A stretch of 62,938 bases of DNA, filler included, from Lenisia limosa (taxonomy: Eukaryota; Protista; Breviatea), in assembly GCA_001655205.1 (NCBI GenBank). It is 12 parts of 12 records of this genome, joined end to end, with 100 filler letters (N's around TTAATTAATTAA, not from the genome) between each part and the next. Parts side by side here need not be neighbours in the genome. Positions count along the whole stretch, not along the records: positions 1 to 22,927 come from LPNZ01003166.1; 11 more parts are not named here. One strand, given 5' to 3'. The notes under the pieces were generated by a model, which did no database searches, was not told where the DNA came from, and worked only from the letters and a program-made list of their open reading frames with translations. Of the stretch, positions 1-15,800 are shown one piece after another. Numbering within the stretch: the first letter of the stretch is position 1; the number at the start of each line of letters is the position of its first letter. Made by a program: the position numbers and the translations under genes.

Positions 1-146
1 GACAATATTGTTTTAGATAGTAAGGTAGAACAAAGTAATTTCTGCTATTCCTAGAAAATAAGAACAGGAAGAGTATATCTGTATCCGCTCTTTATTAATG
101 TGTTAAAAGGCAACATCCATCCTTTTTGGCCAATGGACCAACTCAC

Positions 147-1589
147 CTCCGGTCTGAGCAGTGGCACCATGGGCAATAAGCGGGAGATAGATCTGAGACA
201 GCAAAGCATCGAGGGCCGCGAGAGGGGGGAGAGAGGCAACACCGTGATCGAATGCCGCCGACATGATGGCGATGGCTGAATGGTGATTAGGGCTTCTCTA
301 CGGTCCCAAAAAGTCGGGTTAAATATAGATATTTTCGAGGATATATTGGGAAATTCAGTTCTTTTTGGGACCGAAGGGAAGCCATAATGGTGATACTCGA
401 AACAATGCTCGGATATCATACAAGGTCCAACTTACCGTCATCGTGAACCGAAATGGTGATGGGGTCCGAATGCTGCCTCACGAAGTAGATGAGAGGGGTG
501 TCTACCTCGTCTGGAAGCTCCGCAAAGGTCTGAACCGTAAAAAGGGTTTAAACGATTCAAATAAGAACCAAATGACACCCATTTCGGTACAAACTTCCTT
601 GATAAATATTACCAGATAATTACCCTCTAACCATATGAACGGTGAGGACTTCTCTTTCAACAGTCCGGTATTTGGGTGAAGGAGGCCGAACTGGCTCAGG
701 AGTGCTGGGCTCCTAAAGTCGTAAAACGATGCAAATACCTTCATTTTCAATATTTATACATAAGCAGAATTAATCGTCTATACATAAGCAGCCTCCAAGA
801 ATTAACGTCTGCCCCAAAACACATCACATATCAATCACCTGGTTTTCACTCCCAGCGCATACCTCGTCTTCTTCATCGCCATTGCCATCCTCTGATTCAT
901 CAAGATTCTCTTCTCCTTCTAAATAGTTAAAACGATGCATATCAAGCTGCAAAAACGACGACAATTTTAGATCCCAGGTTGCAAAACCGATGAACAAAAG
1001 CCCGCTGTGATAAGAAATCTATCTCGCCACGCACCAGCATCCTCGGTACCCGAGGGTGACCCCGGGGGCGTGGGCTCTGGTACTGGCTCGGGTTCAACTG
1101 AAGTGTGAGCAGAAAGAATGCTATCATCAAGGTTATTATCTCTGTACAGAAACTCTATTCTCCTCAAAACATCCACAATAAATCCAACATAAACAATACA
1201 AAAGAGGCAAGACAGAAGGAAGGGAACTCTGAAAATTACAAACCAGGAAACCACAAATGCTCACGACCAAAATTCCCAAAAACAAAACCACAGCAACCTC
1301 CAAGGCATCCCGCACTGAAAGCCAACCCGTTGGTATTCAGCAAACATCCCCAGTTTGTATGCTCACTCTGTTCAAGGAAGGGCTGCATTTCGGGGACTGT
1401 GAAGAACTGTACTGCAGAGTAGTCCAGGGTTGCGTCAAAGAAGGAAATGAGCACATCTGAGACAGGGACTGTATCTTTTTCAATGCTAGGCCGCTTCAGG
1501 CAGTCGAAGAAGGCATTACTCTCGACGCCAAGGCCCAAGCAAACTTCGGACTGGATCCATTGCACTCTTGGGTCGTGCAATTCATCCAT
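147..1589 (-). CDS. DNAH10: Axonemal dynein heavy chain, inner-arm I1/f alpha (DNAH10-like), first six exons; gene continues off the left edge
   Basis: Exons 1589-1367, 1097-1035, 918-863, 712-632, 529-436 and 275-147 join in frame through GT-AG introns: MDELHDPRVQWIQSEVCLGLGVE...FFDATLDYSAVQFF, an acidic/Pro linker, then PPSPKYRTVEREVLTVHMTFAELPDEVDTPLIYFVR...FDHGVASLPPLAALDALLSQIYLPLI. This is colinear with the Chlamydomonas DHC1 N-terminus as I recall it (not searched). Confidence 0.75.
288..386. mobile_element. Family A MITE-like palindromic element, in a dynein intron
   Basis: TAGGGCTTCtctacGGTCCCAAAAAG...CTTTTTGGGACCgaaggGAAGCCATA; terminal inverted repeats with TA at the ends. Confidence 0.75.
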
Positions 1590-1845
1590 AATGAATTAAA
1601 ATTCAATAAACTGCAAGATTGGGGACTTTAGGGGTTTACTGCATCACAAACAAAACAATAAATCTAACAAACCGATAAGCAGGTATTAATAAAACAAACT
1701 AATATATACAGCAGAGCGTCGCTGTTAATGGGCTTTTTAGGTTGAGCAAAAAAAAAACCCAAACTAAAACCACGCAAAAGTTGCGCAGCGCGTATACTTT
1801 GAAGCCACTTTTTAAAATACAAGCCTTTTTCCAACAGATATAATC
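1590..1845. promoter_or_regulatory. Putative bidirectional promoter between dynein (-) and LysRS (+)
   Basis: Two divergent start codons (1589 and 1846) about 256 nt apart; inferred from gene layout only. Confidence 0.55.
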
Positions 1846-6003
<4,158 letters not shown>

Positions 6004-6077
6004 GTAAGCATGCGTCTTTGATACTCCGGCCATCCTGTTAAAGAACTGTTTTAACCCCATAAATTTTCAATTCGGGA

Positions 6078-6136
6078 TTAATACCTTTACTCCAACATTC
6101 TTGATTGAAATTTCCTTCATTTTACCCCCCCCCCCC
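6078..6136 (+). mobile_element. Family D intron-3'-end repeat (last LysRS intron)
   Basis: tacctttactccaacattcttgattgaaatttccttcattttacCCCC matches copies at 35157-35335 (-), 43665-43823 (+) and 57225-57290 (-). Confidence 0.7.
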
Positions 6137-6414
6137 NNNNNNNNNNNNNNNNNNNNNNNNNNNNNNNNNNNNNNNNNNNNNNNNNNNNNNNNNNNNNNNN
6201 NNNNNNNNNNNNNNNNNNNNNNNNNNNNNNNNNNNNNNNNNNNNNNNNNNNNNNNNNNNNNNNNNNNNNNNNNNNNNNNNNNNNNNNNNNNNNNNNNNNN
6301 NNNNNNNNNNNNNNNNNNNNNNNNNNNNNNNNNNNNNNNNNNNNNNNNNNNNNNNNNNNNNNNNNNNNNNNNNNNNNNNNNNNNNNNNNTACCAAGATGC
6401 AAAGTGCAACCAAC

Positions 6415-7893
6415 CTTTTCTGAAATCATTTTTGCTATATCCTGGCGCCCGGCCTGAATTTGAACATCATTGGCAGTTTTCCCCTATCGTGTTACAACAA
6501 GAATTGAGGCCAAACCGGATTCCCTAACCAGCACCCACTTTGTTATCCACCAGGTTAGAATGAACTCCCGAGGCCAAAAGAGTCTTCGCCACTAAATGAT
6601 CAGAATCTCTGGTCGATAAGAATATTAACGGGATGTTTCATACCTCAAGGAATTGGAAATCAAAGGTCGGGAAATTGTAAAAATATGATATGATATTACT
6701 ATGATAGGCCTCATTGAGAAAAGTGGAAGAAATCACGTCACTTGCTGAAATGATATTGGGCAGACTTGCATCTGACTTGTGTGGCGAAAAGATGTCCAAC
6801 CCACCATCAGGACACGTCACGATGTGAAGGCAAGTCTGGCCACACTTATCCTGTATGTCCGCATCAGCACCATGCACAATGAGGGATAAGGCCTTGGTTG
6901 AGAGGCAGAACCGAGAGGCGACGTGAAGAGCGGTCTGTCCCTAAAAATGGTCAAACAGTCTATCGAATGACAGGGTACATGTCTCGGCCCAATAAAACGC
7001 TTTTCGGTGCCTTGTAAAAATTGCATAACAACGCTCTCAAAGCGCTTTAAGAAAAGCACTTTGTGCTGTGAAAGCGCTTTTCCCTGAAAATCACTTTAAA
7101 GCACTTTGTGTTGCGAAAGCGCGTTTTCCTGAAAAGCACTTCACAAAGTCCAGTTGAACAATGAATAGAGGCGTGTGGGGGGGGGGGGNNNNNNNNNNNN
7201 NNNNNNNNNNNNNNNNNNNNNNNNNNNNNNNNNNNNNNNNNNNNNNNNNNNNNNNNNNNNNNNNNNNNNNNNNNNNNNNNNNNNGATGTTAAGAAGCCTT
7301 TCAGAGGCACAGAGGTGAACCAACGTATTACCCTACATCAAGGTAAGGTATCATCTTCGGACTTTTCAATACACCTTAATAATATTATTGACATGGACTG
7401 AAGGAAAACACGTGCTCTGTCCACCCCAGGTCAGCTCACCTTGGAGTCCCGGGCGCGAGCATTTGCCCCCCTGTCCATGAGCAGCAGCACCACCTCCTCA
7501 TTGTTGTAACGGGAAGCGTCAAGAAGAGGCGTGGCCCCCTAAGTATTAACGGGAAGCGTCAAGAAGAGGCGTGGCCCCGTAAGTATTGGGTGAAGAGTGT
7601 GGAATATATGGACCAAAAAAGACTTGTCCTTGATGGAGTTACAAGACAATGTTCACTTATCCCTCACTGATCTCTGTCTGTCATCATGCCTCAATCCAAG
7701 GTCCAAAAGATACTTTGCCACTTCTGGCGTCTTTGCCACGTGGAGACTCGTTTGGCGCTATAACTGTCATAATTTCTCCTGAGACTGTACCCACAATGTC
7801 GTTTCTTGATTTGATATTAGCGCCGTGTTCATGAAGAGCTTTAAGCATGTCCATGTTTCCTGATGCTGCTGCCTTGAAAAAGAGCGTTTCTCC
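6415..7893 (-). CDS. Ankyrin-repeat protein, partial (start not resolved, end in the N gap)
   Basis: Exons encode GETLFFKAAASGNMDMLKALHEHGAN, QTSLHVAKTPEVAKYLLDLG, GATPLLDASRYNNEEVVLLLMDRGAN, GNTLVHLCA, GQTALHVASRF...HGADADIQDKCGQTCLH, GKTANDV. Confidence 0.9.
7054..7142. repeat. Intronic imperfect tandem repeat with aaagcgcttt palindromes
   Basis: aaagcactttgtg(c/t)tg(t/c)gaaagcgc...ttcc(c)tgaaaa occurs twice. Confidence 0.7.
7507..7587 (-). repeat. 40-nt tandem duplication spanning an acceptor junction
   Basis: Minus strand: aatacttAC-ggggccacgcctcttcttgacgcttcccgtt / aatacttAG|GGGGCCACGCCTCTTCTTGACGCTTCCCGTT. Confidence 0.9.
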
Positions 7894-8303
7894 CTAGAAA
7901 ATCAAAAGTTCCTTATGTAGAACTTGGTGAATTTAACAGCAACTCTCAATTCCATCACATTGTTAATAATAAGCATCATAATAGTCATTTATACAATCAG
8001 ATTTCCAAGGGTTGCACAAAGTCGTCAATTTCATTTTGTTAATAGGTGCTACTATTGAATTAGAGAGAAATGTGAAATAACAAATCGGTTCTATCAGGCA
8101 GAAGCAATCCACACCATCACGCGCTAATAAGAGATTGTGGATATGGAATAACTTATAATTGTAGAAGTGAGAAAAAAAAGGCATTATCTGGCCAAAGCCG
8201 CCCACACGCTTAAACGAGAGATAATATGATGTACATAGTATATACTATACCGTACTATGTTAAAAAATTACAAAGATAAACCCCCTGTGAAGTTCTACGA
8301 TTG

Positions 8304-11300
8304 CTATCCAACACCCACATTTACATCAGGGTTGTTGACGCTACCATATGCAGCCTCCCAACGGTCCAGATTCTGCGGATTTGGCTCAAAGTCTTGGTCC
8401 TGCAAATATGGTGAAATGTAATAATGAATACTTTGGCATACAGGTCACACTCCATTTACATCAATAAGTATGCTGTTGCTCTTCTCATTACAGGAGTACC
8501 GAAAACTAATTATTTTACTACCTGAAAATTCTTTCATAGAAACTGGAGGTCTGTTACCATTTACCCAACTAGGGGTGAGAAATTATGGTAGATTATTCAC
8601 CTTTCTTAGGGGTGAGAAAACAAAGTAAACATGTATAGTTGGATAGAACAAGCCCTCATAACAACACACCTGTCCTGCTCGCGAGTGTAGAAAGGCCATT
8701 GTCTGAGGAATAATAAATATTGCTTTTATTAACCAAACTGGAATATGAAACAATATAATCATCTCTCCTACAGCACCCTACCGCAAACACCACCGCTGGC
8801 ATTACATCTAAACAGGTGAATAAACCTGCATTTGGGAAGAAGAAAAAAAACATACTCCAACTTCAACAACCCTCCTTACATAAGAGAATGAATTCGGAAT
8901 CAATAACAACACCCATGACAGAGAGCATGATGTGGAGGGGGGGGGGGNNNNNNNNNNNNNNNNNNNNNNNNNNNNNNNNNNNNNNNNNNNNNNNNNNNNN
9001 NNNNNNNNNNNNNNNNNNNNNNNNNNNNNNNNNNNNNNNNNNNNNNNNNNNNNNNNNNNNNNNNNNNNNNNNNNNNNNNNNNNNNNNNNNNNNNNNNNNN
9101 NNNNNNNNNNNCAGCAATGTGCGGAGAACGTGTTCTTTGCAATCACATCCAGGAGGCAGGAGATCCAAGTCGCTTGTTTGAGCATTTGACAAAACACGTT
9201 CAAACAGTAACATGGACAATAAATACTAATGATACACTAAACCTCAAAATACAGTTTTACCATTGCCTGGACCGCTCCAGATCGGAAAGAGCCGTGTAGC
9301 CTGCAAGACGAATCTTCAGCCTCTTGTTCTCATCCTAATAACGTCAACACTACCCTAAAATAGACCACCAAAGGTGTGAATTAACACATGAAAAACCTAC
9401 GTGCATGCGGGACATTTCAGGGTTGAACTGTGACTGGCTGTTGATGTCCTGTTGGGACTTTTGCTGATCCAACAAACGATCAAGCCGACTCTGCAACCCA
9501 GAAATAACCTAAAAGATGAAATAGCATCCACATTGAAGAGAAAAAACCCTCCTCACGTCCTTGTTCTGCGTCACGGAGTCCTCAAGGTCATGGTTGCGCC
9601 GCCGGAGGTCATCGTAAATCGTATCATTTTGGCTAGCACCAGGACCTGAAAAGGAAAATAAATATCGCCCTTTCGCAAAACCAACCTCGTGAGCTTTTCA
9701 TTTCCTCCTGAGCAATGTTTTGCGATAATGTGAACGCCTGTCGCTCATTTTGAATGGTCAGATCGTGGATATTGTCAGCTGCTCGGTCAGGATGGGTGAA
9801 ATATGGACAAGTTGTTCCAAGTCTTCGTTTGAAGAATAATCAGCACATAGTAGTTTGATGTGATATTCAATTCCATACCAAGTGCTGCATTCTCAGCTTT
9901 GAGCCTTTCAACCAGAGCAAAAACTGGCTGCGTGTCCTCTAAGATATGTCTCAGACGTAAAATTTCTGCTTCCGCACTCTTAATGATTACGCTTGTTTCA
10001 ATTTCAAGAAAGAGGTAAACGGCAGGTTGTGGGTCACCTTCAGCTCGCCCTTGAGAGTGGCAGCCTCGAGTTTGGCATTCTCTGCCGACTGCTGGCTTCG
10101 GCCAAGTTCCACGGCCAATTCTCGGAGCTATGTGGTGAGCATCGGTTGTATTTGACTTTCAAAGCATCAACTTCCATCAATCCGGTCATCTTTATTCTAA
10201 TACCTCGGTTTGAAGGGGAACTGAAGGTGGAGGAGGTTGCTGACTGCGTGCACCGGGTAGAGATGTCTGTGTTATTAGATTGGGTAGAGATGTCTGTGTT
10301 ATCATAAAGAGCCAGAAAAGCTATCTGGCAGTTGAGAGACTCACCAAAGAATCCGCACCCTGCCTTTCGCGCAAATGGGCAATTTCACCTTCCAGTTCTT
10401 CAATCTGAAGTGTCACACTTGCTCAGCAGTGACTGGGCATACCTTAATCCGCATTCGACGGTTCTCAATTCGGCTCTGTTCAAGGTCAATGGCAAGAATG
10501 CCGCCGGACTGCAGGGGTGCATCAACTGCCTAGAGGTGTGAGGAACTGCCATCTGGCCGTTGTCTTGATATGGATGGCGGTGGAATCTTTTGTTCCGCAT
10601 CCACTAGCGTATATGATCATATATTATGCATATATCCCATTATCAAATCAAAATAATGAACAAAGATAGCAAAAGGGTTCATCTCGATCAGAGTTTCATC
10701 AATTATGACATAAGTGGATATGAAATGTTATATCACTACTAGGAAATTAAAGCACACATGTGAAAATGAACCAGAAAAATTAGATAAGTACCTGGGAGGT
10801 AGGAGGAGAAGGAGCAGCTTGTAATTCCTCGATTTCAGCCTTCTTTGATTCAATTTCGGCAGTCACTTCTTCAAGTCTTGCCTCCAGTGATATCTGGAAT
10901 CCGTCAAGAACATCAAATAGAACGAAAACACCAACTACAATATCTTCCTCATTTAAAAAGGACAAATAATCGTAAACCACATTTGGTCACCTTTTCATCT
11001 TTCAAAGCATTATTTTGCTCTTCTATCTCCAAGAGGCTCTGTCTGTTCTCCAGTAGATCAGCCATTGTGCGATCAACCTGAGAAGTCATTGAAATAGAAC
11101 AAAGAAACAACATTGTTAGCACTGTTAATTTATCAACATCCATGTATTGAAACAGTCCATCAGCCACCCCACATTCTCCTGTAAGTCAGTGATTGTGGTC
11201 TTTTGCTCGTCAATAGTTGCTCGCTTCTCTTCTTCAGATTGCTACGTGACATTAGTATCATTGGAATTAAAACACCATACAATATCGACACCCAAGCTGA

Positions 11301-12628
11301 ACAGCTTACTTTTAACTGGTCATTTTCAACCTCGATATCTTCAGCATACTTCTGTACCTGGACAGCATTATTTACAAGAAGTAACTCCTATGTAACGCAA
11401 AATGCCGAATCCACACCTCGTCAAGGTCAGCCTCCAAAACTACAGCAAGATGCTCATCCAACTCGGGGTCTTTTTCCATCTGAACTGTAACCAGGTGCGC
11501 TTCGACAATCATTTGTATAGATAAAGAGCAAGTGAAAAAAATGAAGCCTGTATGGTGGAATATTATAAATCTCATTCATTCACCCACCGTCTGTCTTCAT
11601 TCACCTACCGTCTGTCTTCTTGACTCAAGAGTGGGGTTTGACTTAAAGAACTCATTCAGCATTTCGTACTGCCAATGTGATTGGATAGAAAAGACATCAT
11701 CAAAAAGGGTATTCTGCAAAAATCTCTCCTTAAAACAACATTAACATCATCGTTGTTAACAAAATATTTCCACATTAGCCCTGCATACGACAAACTGGAC
11801 TTGGGCCCTCCACGTGTTAGCGGGAATGACATAAACCTCAGTCTCATCATCTTCCGCTTCCATTTGCCGTCTTGTTTTCAGTTCTTCCAACGCGCCTTGT
11901 ACCTGAAACGTCACGCTTCATCTTAATATATGAACCAAGCATTTCAAATGACGATAAAGGGATTTGAAGGATTGACCATTACTCTCATCCATCCATAATA
12001 GGGCTATTACAACATTTTGATTCCACATACTTGATGGTCGAGTTTGAGGATGAGGTTTTGCAGCGAACATGTCACATCTCGTTCTTGCTAAAATTTGATA
12101 TCGGTCAGATTGGGAATCCTGACAAATAAGATAAAATATCCATTGTAATGAATCCAAATATCATCCAACCTTCAAAAGATCAGTGAGCTCTTTGGAACCG
12201 GATTGAAGAGCCTCAAAGTCATCCTTCTTCACTTTTTTCTGTCGGGAGGGATTGGATTAGTTATGAACAAAATATTGGGTATTAGAAGGAAACAATCACA
12301 CTCTCATTGTTCCAATAACCTTGTCAGCAAAGACTTCTTTTGGTGTACTCAAGCTAATTGGAGTGGCAAGCAAAGGCGTGTAACGAGCCGTTGGGACTTG
12401 GATAGCTATTGGATCGCCGCCTGACGGTTGGGGCTCTGATTGGGAAAAAGTCGCCTCTACATCGGAGCTTGCCCCTTGATTATCATTCTCCTCATTATCC
12501 TCATCGTTTACTTGAGGCTCGGTCTCTGGAAGGCCTTTCTTTTGCCTCTTTTTTCTTTCTTTCTCCTCCTTCTTCAGCCTTTCCTTTTCTTCCTTTTCCT
12601 TTTTCTTTTGCTCTTTATCTGCCCCCAT
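8304..12628 (-). CDS. Multi-exon coiled-coil protein of unknown function with a K/E-rich N-terminus
   Basis: Start MGADKEQKKKEKEEKER; GT-AG exons encode VQGALEELKTRRQMEAEDDETE, VDRTMADLLENRQSLLEIEEQNNALKDEK, ISLEARLEEVTAEIESKKAEIEELQ, LRELAVELGRSQQSAENAKLEAATLKGELK; probable last exon DQDFEPNPQ...NVGVG*. The 3' exons are less certain and one N gap interrupts. Confidence 0.75.
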
Positions 12629-12815
12629 TTTGACCGAAAAAAGGCCACAAAAATCGTTTTGCCTGATTTTTGTGAATTCATTGGTCGCCGTACTTTAAGT
12701 TTCAGCCAATTTCGTCCTTTCGGTGCTCTCATTTGCAGTAAACGCTAAAAGAATAACACACTAAATGTATAATTGCTAGTTGGTACACATAGGTTGCTCA
12801 TTTTTTGTTTAGAAA
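12629..12815. promoter_or_regulatory. Putative bidirectional promoter
   Basis: Divergent start codons at 12628 (-) and 12816 (+), about 187 nt apart. Confidence 0.55.
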
Positions 12816-15800
12816 ATGACATCTAATCTGTTTCAAGCGGCAGGGAACAACCAGATTGAAGTTGTTAAACAATTGATTAGCTCTGGTACCGATGTTAACC
12901 AACAAGATTCGGTAAGTTAGATTCACTGAATTTTTAATACCTAATACCAGGCTTTAAACACTGCTCTACATTGGTGTGCCCATGAAGGATTTCTTGAGAT
13001 TGCCCAATTCCTCATCCGTAATGGCGCCAACCCCTCTATTCAAAATCAACGTGGATGGTATGCACGGTCGTCCTCTTTGCTAAGATAACTTATATTATTG
13101 CCTTTGCCCTTAAAACAGGGTTTAACAGCCTGTTAGGACTCCATTGCACGCAGCCGTTAGTAACGGTCGAGTTGAACTCTCTAAGATCCTCATTGACTGT
13201 GGAAGCGCTGTTAACATCAAAAACTCGGAACAGTACCTTCCATTAGACTTCACTTCCGATGCTGGTTTAAGAAAGACGCTCAAAGGTGAGCAGCGGGCTT
13301 TATATCTTTGCTTCCACTGCTGAGGCCTTTATTACGTAACCGTGTTCTGTCTTGACCCTTTAGCATATGCCGGTCTGCCGACAGACGATACCATTGAAGT
13401 TAAGGTTTGCTGGAAATCTGACGTTTTATTTCCTTCAGTACCTTCTTTTTCATAACCATCTGAGTTAACAAGGGGAGGGGAGGGGGGCGATATACATTCC
13501 AATACTTAATTCGCACTTGTCCAACCCAAACAGACGGCAGAAGCAGACCACATCCAGAGCCAGCTACAAAGAGACCTTCAGATCCGAGACCAGGACATTC
13601 ATTCCAAGGAAGCCGAAATCCACCGTCTCAAGGACCAAATTGAAGCCAATAACCGAGACTACCAAGTTGGCCGCAACATCTAAAACAGTACACCCCATCT
13701 ATGCTCGTGTTAATAAGTTGTAGATTATGTTTCATTTTCAGGGCTGGTGTTCTAATATTTCAGTATTCGCGGGAAAATGAGCTGAATGACATGCAAGCAC
13801 GGCTCGAGAGGGAGATACAGGCCCGCGATAATGAGCTCCAGAGCAGAGATACTGAAATTCTTCGCCTCAAGGATCAGATCAACACCTCAACCCGAGAATT
13901 TCAAGTTTGTTTAGATTTTAAAGAGATTGTGATTGTTCATTTCTGACTTACCTCTTCACATTTTTAGTTTGCACGCGAACATGATTCCAACGATGCCCAA
14001 ATGCGACTCCAACGCGAAATCCAGGGGCGCGACCAAGAGATCCAAGCCAGGGATCTCGAAATCTCTCGTCTCAAGGATCAACTTGTCAAAAGCTCAAGAG
14101 ACCACCAAGTGGGTCAACGCCTGTTTTTCTTGCCGAAGTTGAGCTATTCTAACCCCATCCCCCAGCTCTCCCGTGACCAGGACATCAATGAGGTCCAGCT
14201 GCGGCTTCAAAGAGAGGTCCAGACCAGAGACACGGAGCTTCAGAGCCGGGACGCTGAAATCCAAAACCTTAGGGATATGATGGAACGCTGGCAGAGAGAT
14301 CTCAAAGTGAGTGGCTTTTGTGAATCTTGATGCTTTTGACGATTGAAACGTGAGGAAGTCAATAGTTTCCGTGAACATTTTTACACAACTGAATAATTCC
14401 ACAGGCAAGAGATAGTGATACCGAAGTGATGTTGAGCAGAAGAGATGAGGACATCAAAAGACAGGTATGATGAGTGTCTTTCGTTGCTGGGAGATCTTAT
14501 CTCCGCAGTACATGGCGGAAGTTGACGAAATTCAAACCCGACTCCAGCGCGATATCCAAATCCGCGACCAGGATATTCAGTCCAGGGACACCGAAATCCT
14601 GAGATTGAAAGATCAAATGACTACTGCTGAAAGAGAATTCAAGGTCAGTTTTTTTTTCAGCACTACAAGTCCTTTTGCACATTTAACATATCGCAGCTTT
14701 CCCGTGAACAAGACATGAATGATGTTCAAATCAAGCTGCAGAGGGAGGTCCAGGGCAGAGATATTGAGATCCAGGCTCGGGAAGCTGAAATTCTCCGCCA
14801 GAAGGACGACATGGATAGAATGCAGCGCGACATGCACACACGCGATCAAGAGATCAACCGGCTGAGAGACCAAATCTCATCTTCAGAAAGGGACTTCAAG
14901 GTGAGTATTGGTGCCAAGTCAAGTTCTTCTTTGTTTATCTGTTTGGTGGCTTATTAACCAGGCAACTGAGAAGAAGATTGTGCAGCGTGACGATGAAATC
15001 CGCAGAACTGTGGGTTTGGAATTTGTCTAAAGGCGTCTTGTCATACAAACAATACCGATGAAAGCTAAATAAAAATCTCTATCTTAACACCTCCAGTACA
15101 TGGCAGAGGTTGATGATATTGAAGCCCGCCTCCAGCGCGATATCCAGAACCGCGATCAAGAGATCCAGGCTCGGGATACGGAAATTATGCGTCTTAAGGA
15201 CCAAATTTCGACTGCTGAAAGGGACTTCATTAAAGTCTGCTGGATGGAATTGGATTCCTCGGAGTGTCAAGCGATGCTTATTTTTTTAGGCTACTGAGCA
15301 ACATATCGCACAAAGAGATGATGAAATCAGAAGAAACGTGGGACACTGTTAAATTCACTCTCTATTATCCCATTTACTTGGATTGACCATCTAGTACATG
15401 GCTGAAGTTGATGAAATCCAAGCTCGGCTTAAGAGAGACCTCCAAAGCCGAGAGCAAGACATTTTGGCTCGAGATACTGAAATCAATCGACTCAAGGATC
15501 AGCTCATCTCTGCTGAGAGAGAGGCCAAGGTGCGTGGCGTTTAACACTTGACACTTTTTGGGAACAATTGTGTTATTTTTCCCAGACAACCGAAAAACAA
15601 ATGGCCCTCCTTGAAGACGAAATCAGAAGAGGCGTAGGGGGGAGGCAATTGGCATTCCCTCTTTATATCATTATCTTCATGAATAACACTGTGTAGTATA
15701 TGGTTGAAGTCGATGACATCCATGCGCGTCTGCAAAATGAACTACATATTAAAAATCAAGAAATCCAAGCTCGGGATGCAGAAATCCTTCGTATTAAGGA

